A stretch of 64,000 bases of DNA, taken from the NCBI GenBank assembly GCA_018657495.1, contig JABHXA010000004.1, forward strand, positions 83,086 through 147,085, read 5' to 3'. Positions 56,142-64,000 of this stretch are shown here, piece by piece (the first letter of the stretch is position 1; each line of letters starts with the position of its first letter). The stretch comes from Fidelibacterota bacterium (GTDB taxonomy: Bacteria; Fidelibacterota; Marinisomatia; SCGC-AAA003-L08; JACNLC01). The notes below the pieces were generated by a model. It was not told the DNA's origin and did not search any database. It worked only from the letters and a program-made list of their open reading frames with translations. Position numbers and translations under genes: made by a program.

Positions 56142-57518
56142 ATGAAGTGGTTGGTGAAAATAACAGCAATTTCAATGTTAATCACAAGCGCCTGGGCAGT
56201 TGGTGAAGCCGGTGCAATATTTCTGATGATCGCCCCCGGGGCAGGACCTGCAGCCACCGGTGAGGCTCAGGTAGCGAAGGTGGGAGATGCATATGCGTCA
56301 TATTATAATCCTGCCGGTTTGGGTTTCCTAAGCGGAAGGGAAGCAGCCCTTATGCATGTCAATTGGTTACCCAATTTGGCGGATGATTTGTTTTATGAAT
56401 TCATGGCTTACAGGCACGAAGTTCCAGGTTTGGGTACATTTGGTGGACATATAATATTTTTAAATCTTGGCAAGCAAATTCAAACAGATGAAAATGGAAA
56501 TCAAATTGGAGTTTTTCGCAGTAATATGTGGGCTATTACCGGAAGTTTTGGAACCATGTTGAACGCACGTTCATCTATTGGTGTGAGCGCTAAAATATTT
56601 CATCAAAAATTATTTGATAAGGGTGTAAGCGGAGAGGCCGGGAAAGGAATCTCAACAGATTTCGCCTTTGACCTTGGTTACCTGTGGAAAAGCGATAGAA
56701 TAAATTTTGGTATAAGCATCGCTAATATTGGGCCAAGCATCGCTTTTATCGATGAGAACCAGGCTGATCCTGCTCCAACAAATATGAGGATGGGAGTTAA
56801 ATTTGACGTTTTTAAAAATGAATTCAACCGTCTTGAATTGTTTTTTGACATGAATAAAATGCTGGTGGCATCCTATTCTGAAATGGATTGGGATGATAAT
56901 GGAGTTATTGGTGGTTATACCGATAATGGAAATGAATCATGGGGTGGCGATTACAATTCAGACGGTCAACAGGAAACTGCTTATAAAGACAAATGGTATA
57001 AAGCGCTTTTCACATCATGGTTAGATGATTGGTACCTTGGAGGAGACCTCAATCTGGGCGGTTGGACAACACAACAGGAAGCGGATAATGTCATTGGTGG
57101 TTATACATGGATAGATAATCCTTTAAATACAGATGATATCGGTGAAATTTATGGCAAAGGAGATTCACAGGTATCTAATTATGTATCTAGACCTGAATGC
57201 CCACAATGTGAAATTGTTGCTGAAGAAAATGGTAAATTAAATGAATGGGGTGTCAAAGAGATTGGCACAGGTGATGACAGAAAATTCTCCGCCGAATTTA
57301 AAGAAATGGTCTATAATTTTGGTGCAGAATATTGGTACACAGATAACTTTGTTCTAAGGGGTGGATTTATATATGATGAGGTAGGTAAAATAAAAGTTCC
57401 TACATTTGGTGCCGGTATTCATCTGGGCCAGTATGGATTCGATTTTGGCTACACCGCCGGCAAGAGTGGTCATCCCAGAGCAAACACGATGTATTTTTCT
57501 TTAAATATTGAAATCTAA
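56142..57518 (+). CDS. porV: T9SS outer-membrane shuttle protein PorV (LptO) family
   Basis: It has a signal peptide. GAIFLMIAPGAGPAATGEAQVAKVGDAYASYYNPAGLGFL is followed by MHVNWLPNLADDLFYEFMAYR. The C-terminus is ...NTMYFSLNIEI*. Confidence 0.7.
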   Translation: MKWLVKITAISMLITSAWAVGEAGAIFLMIAPGAGPAATGEAQVAKVGDAYASYYNPAGLGFLSGREAALMHVNWLPNLADDLFYEFMAYRHEVPGLGTFGGHIIFLNLGKQIQTDENGNQIGVFRSNMWAITGSFGTMLNARSSIGVSAKIFHQKLFDKGVSGEAGKGISTDFAFDLGYLWKSDRINFGISIANIGPSIAFIDENQADPAPTNMRMGVKFDVFKNEFNRLELFFDMNKMLVASYSEMDWDDNGVIGGYTDNGNESWGGDYNSDGQQETAYKDKWYKALFTSWLDDWYLGGDLNLGGWTTQQEADNVIGGYTWIDNPLNTDDIGEIYGKGDSQVSNYVSRPECPQCEIVAEENGKLNEWGVKEIGTGDDRKFSAEFKEMVYNFGAEYWYTDNFVLRGGFIYDEVGKIKVPTFGAGIHLGQYGFDFGYTAGKSGHPRANTMYFSLNIEI

Positions 57519-57530
57519 CCAAAATATCCG

Positions 57531-60176
57531 TTGAAAATATCTCCTATAATTATAAGTATTTCCCTTTGTCTTGCTGGGAATACGCCGGATTTTATCCTAC
57601 CATCAAGTACAGTAAATAATATTGCAAGTTATTCCACAGTGACATCAATAATTGGAGTCATGGTAGATTTTCAAATTGAAACTGAAGATTCACCGGATTT
57701 ACTTACAAGTGGCAACGGTGCTTTTCTACAAAGTTCAGAAGATGTGTTTGATGAACGATGCATTGATTTCCATGCCGATCCACCGCCTCATAATCATGCC
57801 TATTTTACATCACAGATAAAAGCCCTAAATAATTACTATAAAAATGTGTCGCAGGGAAGTATTGATTTATCTTACCATGTCATTGATTCAGTTTACCATC
57901 TTCCAAATATTATGAGACATTATGCCACTGAAGATACATCCCTTGGATTATTGTTTAATGATGCAGTTAATTTGGCTCAAGACTCTCTCGCTTATTATTA
58001 TGATGATAATACCATTGTTGTAATATTTCATGCCGGCATTGGGCAAGATTTTGCCATCCCGTTTCTTGATCCAACACCCTATGATTTAAAAAGTGCTTTT
58101 GTGGATGATGAGATAATGGCAGAGACTCCTTGGCCACAGATAAATGGACAAACACTATCCCGCGGAATTATTTTGCCTGAAACCCAAAATCATCTCTATT
58201 ATGATGTAATAGAAGAGATATTCTTTGGTGAAACCGATTATTGCGATTACCAGGTTGGCATGACCGGTACTTTTGCTTTTCTAATGGGTTATGCATTTGG
58301 ATTACCTCCGTTATTTAATACTGAAACAGGAGAATCCGGTATTGGTGTATTTGGATTAATGGATCAGGGGTCAAATAATGGACGCGGGGTTATACCAGCC
58401 CCACCAACTGCGTGGACAAGAATATTAAAAGACTGGGATCAATATGATGACATTAATCAGCAGGGATCACAGCAAATTTCAATTAATTATGACAGCGGAC
58501 AATTTCACGATATACATAAGATCAAAATTTCAGAGAGTGAATACTATTTATTAGAAAACCGTACAAACCGGGTAAATCGATTCGTAGACAAGAGCATAGA
58601 TGATATCCGCTATGACAATCGCGATTCTGATAATCGTAGAGCGCATTGGTTTGATACCGTTGAGGAAGAATTTACTCAAGCACAAATAGAAATCGATAGT
58701 GAAACTGGAGTAATCACCTGGTTTGACCATTATGATTATGGATTACCAGGATCAGGATTACTGATCTGGCACATAAATGAACCGGAAATTGACCATCTTA
58801 TGGATGGAATCAATAATGATCGCCAAAACAGATCAGTTCACCTTGAAGAGGCAGATGGATCTGTAGACATAGGTTTTGAAAGTTATGCCGTCTTTCAATC
58901 CGATGACCCCACAAATGGCCGTATTTGGGATATGTGGTACAGGGGGAATGGTGGATTTTTCTTCGCAAATGATACATTGCAAATACCACCAGGTGATGAG
59001 CCCTTTGGACCAAATCCATGGTTTAATGATTCTTCTTATCCAAATACAGAGTCCCAATCAGGTGGTAAAACTTATATATCAATAGATTCCATCAGTTATT
59101 CTGGTACAGCCATGAGCTATGTCTATGCATTAACTCCGCCATTTGAATCTCAATTTCTTTCTGATGAGGAAATATTTGTTTCAGGTGGATATATTGACGA
59201 AGAGGCCAGCGATGGCGGTTTATATTATATACTAAACGAGCAATTATTCAGAAGAAATCAGAATGAAATTGAATCGATTGCTGTTGGAAGCTGGTTGGGA
59301 TATGTCCTGACTTCTAGTGAATGCTTTCAGGACACATTTAACATTGATTTGGATCAATATACTGACCTTTATATTAATGAAGAAAGCTGCCAGGTTGAAT
59401 CATCCACAAACATTCTGCCAATGGCATATTTGAACGATGACACAATCCTTGAAGAAGTGGAAGTGGCAGATGCCCTGGGTGATATTGATATGGATGGCCT
59501 TGATGAAATAATTACCACTGAGAATGGCTCTATCTTTTCCAGAAATAGTAACAGTATAATGAATAATGGATTTCCTGTAGCAGGTAATTTTTATGGTAAT
59601 ATTCTGATTGCAAATGTTATTGGCAATGCATCTCCTGAAATCATTTGCCGTGAAAATGATAATATTGTCTTCATTAGCAACGGGGGTGAGAGGTTGTATG
59701 AAATTTCCTCATATCAACCGGAACAACCACTTATGACCATTCCTTATTGGTCAAATGACTCCATGGCGATAATCGATGGGAGAAGGATATTTTTATTTCC
59801 AAATGATTTAGATCATTCCTACTGGTTATTTCCTGGCGGAAGTCCATCAAATAATCTCGTTGTTACCGGTGCTCATCACACTTCTGCTATACCATCATTT
59901 GGATTTGATAAAAATCGGGCATACAATTACCCGAATCCAATTACAGATAATCGCACTACATTTAGATATTTTGTTGGTTCTGCCGCATCAATTGAGATAA
60001 AGATATATGATTCATCGGGGCACCTTATAAAAAATCTATACAATGATGATCTAACCCATAATGAGTATAATGAAACAGCCTGGATACCTGGAAAAATAAA
60101 TCCTGGATTATACCTGGCTGAAATAAAACCAGATGTGGGTTCTTCCAATATTATTCAAGTAGTTTATTTAAAATAA
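57531..60176 (+). CDS. CTD-bearing M6 (InhA)-like protein with the HExxH motif replaced (putative pseudo-peptidase)
   Basis: M6-like landmarks are IIGVMVDFQIE, VIFHAGIGQDF, GIILPETQ and GTFAFLMGYAFGLPPLFNTE...GVFGLMDQGS, compared with the M6 pattern G.FAHEFGHDLGLPDLYDT. An FG-GAP-like GDIDMDGLDEII is present. The CTD YNYPNPITDNRTTFRYF... spans 59922-60173. Confidence 0.55.
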   Translation: MKISPIIISISLCLAGNTPDFILPSSTVNNIASYSTVTSIIGVMVDFQIETEDSPDLLTSGNGAFLQSSEDVFDERCIDFHADPPPHNHAYFTSQIKALNNYYKNVSQGSIDLSYHVIDSVYHLPNIMRHYATEDTSLGLLFNDAVNLAQDSLAYYYDDNTIVVIFHAGIGQDFAIPFLDPTPYDLKSAFVDDEIMAETPWPQINGQTLSRGIILPETQNHLYYDVIEEIFFGETDYCDYQVGMTGTFAFLMGYAFGLPPLFNTETGESGIGVFGLMDQGSNNGRGVIPAPPTAWTRILKDWDQYDDINQQGSQQISINYDSGQFHDIHKIKISESEYYLLENRTNRVNRFVDKSIDDIRYDNRDSDNRRAHWFDTVEEEFTQAQIEIDSETGVITWFDHYDYGLPGSGLLIWHINEPEIDHLMDGINNDRQNRSVHLEEADGSVDIGFESYAVFQSDDPTNGRIWDMWYRGNGGFFFANDTLQIPPGDEPFGPNPWFNDSSYPNTESQSGGKTYISIDSISYSGTAMSYVYALTPPFESQFLSDEEIFVSGGYIDEEASDGGLYYILNEQLFRRNQNEIESIAVGSWLGYVLTSSECFQDTFNIDLDQYTDLYINEESCQVESSTNILPMAYLNDDTILEEVEVADALGDIDMDGLDEIITTENGSIFSRNSNSIMNNGFPVAGNFYGNILIANVIGNASPEIICRENDNIVFISNGGERLYEISSYQPEQPLMTIPYWSNDSMAIIDGRRIFLFPNDLDHSYWLFPGGSPSNNLVVTGAHHTSAIPSFGFDKNRAYNYPNPITDNRTTFRYFVGSAASIEIKIYDSSGHLIKNLYNDDLTHNEYNETAWIPGKINPGLYLAEIKPDVGSSNIIQVVYLK

Positions 60177-60205
60177 TTTTATTCATAATACAGTATATTA
60201 ATTAA

Positions 60206-63205
60206 TTGAGTATGACTTCTACAAGGAACCCACTTATTTCTATATTTAATTACATTTCTGACAATTTAAAATCTCATTCGCGATTTATAGTATATGTTAG
60301 TTTTCTGCTCACAACATTTATATATCCTCAAAGTTGGTATAACCATGTTGAATTGGATTGGCATACCATTGAAACAGATCATTTTTTCGTTCATTATCAT
60401 GATGAAACAGAAAGAAGCGCTAGAGAAGCGGCAGTCGTGGCCGAATTTATTTACGGACCTATCACCGGCATTTATAATTTTGAACCGAGTTCAAAAACTC
60501 ATTTGATTATAAAGGACGTTGATGATTATTCAAATGGTGCAGCATATTACTACGACAATAAAATTGAGATATGGGCTCGTCCTCTAGAATTTGATTTAAG
60601 AGGTGCGCATCGTTGGATGCAGGACGTAATCACCCACGAATTCACTCATATTGTTCAAATCCAGGCATCAATGAAATATCCGCGAAAAGTCCCTGGATTT
60701 TATTTCCAATCCCTCATGTACGAAGATGAAAAAAGAGACGACGTATTATATGGATATCCCAATGTAATCATATCTTACCCAATTCCCGGCACTGCTGTAC
60801 CGCCATGGTTTGCCGAAGGGACTGCACAGGTAATGTATAAAGATGCTAATTTTGATTTCTGGGATTCTCACCGGGATATGATTCTTAGGGACCGCACCCT
60901 AAACAATAATCTGCTTTCGTTTGATGCAATGAATACTTTTGGTAAAAAGGGCATTGGTAATGAATCCATATATAATCAGGGTTTTTCGTTTGTAAACTAT
61001 CTCGCCAATCGATTTGGTATGGATGTGCTCCATGATATCTCAAAGGCCTTGAGAAATCGCCTCAATTATTCGATTCGCAAAGCAATGAAGGATGCAACTG
61101 GCATCGATGGAGAGAATCTTTATAATGAATGGGTGAAAGATTTAAATACTAAATATGTTGCTAAAACAATACATCTCAATGGAAATATTCAATCAGGGGA
61201 TGTTATAATTAGGGGGGGTACAACAAATATCCATCCTGTATGGTCACCTAACGGAAATCGATTCCTGTATTTATCCAATGTTGAAAATGATTATTTTAGC
61301 CAGACAGATTTATTTTTATATGACTTCAGCGACTCCACGTCAAAAAAGATTTTTTCACGTATAGAAACTGCACCATGCTGGGTAAATGATTCCACTATCA
61401 TTTATACACGAAAGGATAAACCAAATAAAAATGGTTCCAGGTTATATGATCTCTTTCAATATGATCTGGTAGAGGAAGAAGAAACAAAACTTACACATGA
61501 CCAAAGATTGATTTCACCTGTTATCAATAGACAACTGAATATGATTGCAGCTATTACTACCTATGACGGGACATCCAATATATTGATAAGTGAATTAGAT
61601 AGTATTGATTTTAAACCTCTGACAAATGAAAAAAACGGTCTGCAAATGTTTTCTCTTGATTGGTCGGGAGAATCATTATTAGTAGATGCAACAGAACATC
61701 ATGGCCGGCAGGTATATGAAGTGCTTCCGGATGGTCAACTAAATATTAAATCAGCGATAGGATTTGATACCAGGGATCCGGAAAACTCTGAAAACTTAAT
61801 TATAACTTCAAATGATAAATCCGGGATTTTTAATCTTGAAATTCATGGTGATAATCAATCAGGCTACATTACCAATGTAACCGGTGGGGCATTTATGCCT
61901 GATATTTCGAATGATGGTAGAATTCTGTACAGTCTCTATCAAAACGGAAGTTACAATATCGCCTTAATAAATGATTATGATGTAATTGATTCAGAAATAA
62001 TAGGGTACGCTGACAATTATTTTGAGACATACCCAGAGTCAGATTTGATAGATTATGGAATTCGGGCAGAATCAAAATCATATGAGGATACATTCCCAAA
62101 TCCATTTATCCTGCCAAGATTGATGATGGATTATAAGACTTTAAAACCAGGGTTTTATCTGTTTAGCAGTGACATTCTAAATCGTCTGTTTCTTTTTGGT
62201 GGTGCTTCGCTAAATCGATTGGGTGATAAAGATATATTCCTTATCATTGAGTATGGAAAATGGAAACCAACATTTTACACAAATCTGTTTTGGATTTCAC
62301 GAAATACTGTTCAGAACACAACTTATAATGAAATCTATCCAACTAAAAGTGATCTTACAATTCAGTTCTTTTCAACAGATATAGGATTGAGATTTCCCTT
62401 TATGAACAATAAAATCTGGCTATACTATACCTATACAAAATATCGACAAGTAATTAATCAAGTTATTAATAATGATGATGGACATGTCGAGTCCTTTGGT
62501 GGTATTGCATTTGATTATTTTAGGACTCATATATTATCGTTGAAAGGCGAGTATTCAACGAGAAAACCAGAATATGCCGGTAACATGCTGCCTTCCAACG
62601 GATACGAAATTGAATTCTTACTTTCCCGGGAAAACAATAAGTTTATGGATGGTTTTGGGTTTAATGAAGAGTATAGCACCTTTGAAACATTTTTTAAAGA
62701 TCACTTCACCGAAAGACTTACAATCACTGGAAAAAAACATTTTACATTAAATCAAGAGAAAAAATTCGTCGCATCTCTTGAAACGCAGATTGGTTATTTA
62801 TCAAATAAACATGTTGATGATTTCTTTTATTTTTTTGCCGGTGGTTTACCAGGATTAAAGGGATATACATTTTATAATGAAGATTTGCACGGGCCGTATT
62901 TATGGGTGAATACCGGTACAGTCAGACTTCCATTATTTATGGAAAAAAGTTATTCCTTTGCACATATGAATTTTCAGAATATGTCAGTTGGCATGATCAT
63001 GCAAATGGGAGGTGGATTTGAAAGTAATCTATCAGGTTTTTTAAAGAATAAAGAATACAAAGTTTCTGGGGGTGTAGAATTCAGGCTAAGTGGATATTCA
63101 TTTTTTGGATATCCAACTGCAATAGCTTACGAATATCACAAGCCCATTGCAGATTCGGAAGAGTCTAAAGGTAAACAGTATTTAACAATACTTTTTGATT
63201 TTTAA
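60206..63205 (+). CDS. Fusion protein: HExxH metallopeptidase-like domain + PD40/TolB-like beta-propeller + Omp85-type barrel
   Basis: VITHEFTHIVQ lies at 60635-60649. PD40-like blades are PVWSPNGNRFLYLSN and FMPDISNDGRILYSL. The C-terminal FFAGGLPGLKGYTFY...VRLPL matches the Omp85 motif, and the terminal residues are ...ILFDF*. Confidence 0.6.
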   Translation: MSMTSTRNPLISIFNYISDNLKSHSRFIVYVSFLLTTFIYPQSWYNHVELDWHTIETDHFFVHYHDETERSAREAAVVAEFIYGPITGIYNFEPSSKTHLIIKDVDDYSNGAAYYYDNKIEIWARPLEFDLRGAHRWMQDVITHEFTHIVQIQASMKYPRKVPGFYFQSLMYEDEKRDDVLYGYPNVIISYPIPGTAVPPWFAEGTAQVMYKDANFDFWDSHRDMILRDRTLNNNLLSFDAMNTFGKKGIGNESIYNQGFSFVNYLANRFGMDVLHDISKALRNRLNYSIRKAMKDATGIDGENLYNEWVKDLNTKYVAKTIHLNGNIQSGDVIIRGGTTNIHPVWSPNGNRFLYLSNVENDYFSQTDLFLYDFSDSTSKKIFSRIETAPCWVNDSTIIYTRKDKPNKNGSRLYDLFQYDLVEEEETKLTHDQRLISPVINRQLNMIAAITTYDGTSNILISELDSIDFKPLTNEKNGLQMFSLDWSGESLLVDATEHHGRQVYEVLPDGQLNIKSAIGFDTRDPENSENLIITSNDKSGIFNLEIHGDNQSGYITNVTGGAFMPDISNDGRILYSLYQNGSYNIALINDYDVIDSEIIGYADNYFETYPESDLIDYGIRAESKSYEDTFPNPFILPRLMMDYKTLKPGFYLFSSDILNRLFLFGGASLNRLGDKDIFLIIEYGKWKPTFYTNLFWISRNTVQNTTYNEIYPTKSDLTIQFFSTDIGLRFPFMNNKIWLYYTYTKYRQVINQVINNDDGHVESFGGIAFDYFRTHILSLKGEYSTRKPEYAGNMLPSNGYEIEFLLSRENNKFMDGFGFNEEYSTFETFFKDHFTERLTITGKKHFTLNQEKKFVASLETQIGYLSNKHVDDFFYFFAGGLPGLKGYTFYNEDLHGPYLWVNTGTVRLPLFMEKSYSFAHMNFQNMSVGMIMQMGGGFESNLSGFLKNKEYKVSGGVEFRLSGYSFFGYPTAIAYEYHKPIADSEESKGKQYLTILFDF

Positions 63206-63231
63206 TTTTTGATATAAATAAAAGGCTAAAT

Positions 63232-64000
63232 ATGAAAAAATATCTGACAATATTATATATCACCATTAGTGTTATTGCTTCAATGAATTTTACATTCGGG
63301 GGTGAATTGGGTTTTAGTTATGATAAGATGCTTTTGATCAATAGCACATTAGATTCAACAATTACAAGCGATGAAAATCTAAGTCAAAATATTATAACAA
63401 ATAAAAAATATACCGGCCGGGCAATGTTGTATTCGGGTTTGTTGCCGGGGTTAGGTGAGTACTATACAGGTGCATGGAAGCGAGGACTTGTTTTTGCTGG
63501 AATAGAGATAGCTGCCTGGATGAGCTGGTCAAAATTTGAGAAAAAAGGAGATGATGCATCCGATGATTACGAATTATATGCAGATGATCATTGGGAATTC
63601 TCCAGATGGGTTGCAAATCATGACAATTGGGAAGGGGATACTTTATTCCAATCCATGTTCTCAAAAAATATAGCAGATGAAGGCGATGAACCTCTTTATT
63701 TGTATGAAGATATATGGGAAGGCAGCCACTCAATCGAAATTGCCTATACAGTTTATGAAGACGGTATTGAAAAAATAAAACTGCTTGATACCAATTCTAA
63801 AAGTGGAACAGGAAGTAGTGATAGTTACCTTTTTGAAGAATTATTTTATGACGGCTTTTTATTTGAACAGAATGGTATTCAATATAATTTTGTAAATATG
63901 TCTGATGAACAAATTGCTTGTTATATCGGGGAATATGAATGCGATCCATCTTTTGTAACAGATCCAAATTTTCAAGTAATTAAAGACAATACTTATTATG
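63232..64000 (+). CDS. Hypothetical membrane-anchored protein, 3'-truncated by the window edge (not in the ORF track)
   Basis: My own translation from the ATG at 63232 is open to the window end: MKKYLTILYITISVIASMNF...YSGLLPGLGEYYTGAWKRGLVFAGIEIAAWMSW... It starts 26 nt after the upstream stop. Confidence 0.5.
   Translation, partial: MKKYLTILYITISVIASMNFTFGGELGFSYDKMLLINSTLDSTITSDENLSQNIITNKKYTGRAMLYSGLLPGLGEYYTGAWKRGLVFAGIEIAAWMSWSKFEKKGDDASDDYELYADDHWEFSRWVANHDNWEGDTLFQSMFSKNIADEGDEPLYLYEDIWEGSHSIEIAYTVYEDGIEKIKLLDTNSKSGTGSSDSYLFEELFYDGFLFEQNGIQYNFVNMSDEQIACYIGEYECDPSFVTDPNFQVIKDNTYY

Noticed and set aside
56003-56206. A 67-aa plus-strand ORF in the mla-porV spacer.
   Set aside because: It is low-complexity, runs through a terminator hairpin and overlaps the porV start in another frame. 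It has no SD.

Overview
This is an AT-rich, gene-dense chromosomal segment of a Gram-negative bacterium, coded almost entirely on the + strand after 3.9 kb. Housekeeping content includes Lrp plus a type II glutamine synthetase, a Na/Pi transporter with a PhoU-like partner, an ArsR/ArsC/DUF302 stress cluster, gpmI, mtaB, dNK-purN-purH, mreBCD-mrdA-rodA, rpiB-glyA and mlaEFD. Three proteins end in Por-secretion-type C-terminal domains (YPNP... tails) and two PorV/PorQ-type barrels are present, so the organism appears to use a type IX secretion system (T9SS). Combined with clear AAGGAG Shine-Dalgarno sites, this suggests an FCB-group lineage outside classical Bacteroidia; that is inference only. 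Three regions stand out. (i) At 8.9-26.4 kb, a terminator-bounded three-gene unit encodes a 4,373-aa mosaic cysteine/aspartate-rich giant cargo, a small PorQ/PorV-like barrel, and a 1,049-aa paralogous cargo. The two cargos share an unnamed ~130-aa module. (ii) At 56.1-64 kb, a tightly packed row encodes PorV, a CTD-bearing M6-like protein whose HExxH is replaced by FLMGY, and a 999-aa HExxH + PD40-propeller + Omp85-barrel fusion. A membrane protein running off the window follows. (iii) At 45.2-51.3 kb, an envelope operon starts with a catalytically stripped glycogen-synthase-like half-protein. There is also a 436-nt ORF-free intergenic region with three copies of a conserved hairpin (7.3-7.7 kb). 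I recognised no rRNA, tRNA, CRISPR array, transposase, integrase or phage gene. All family calls come from motif recognition by eye on the supplied translations. None has been confirmed by a database search.
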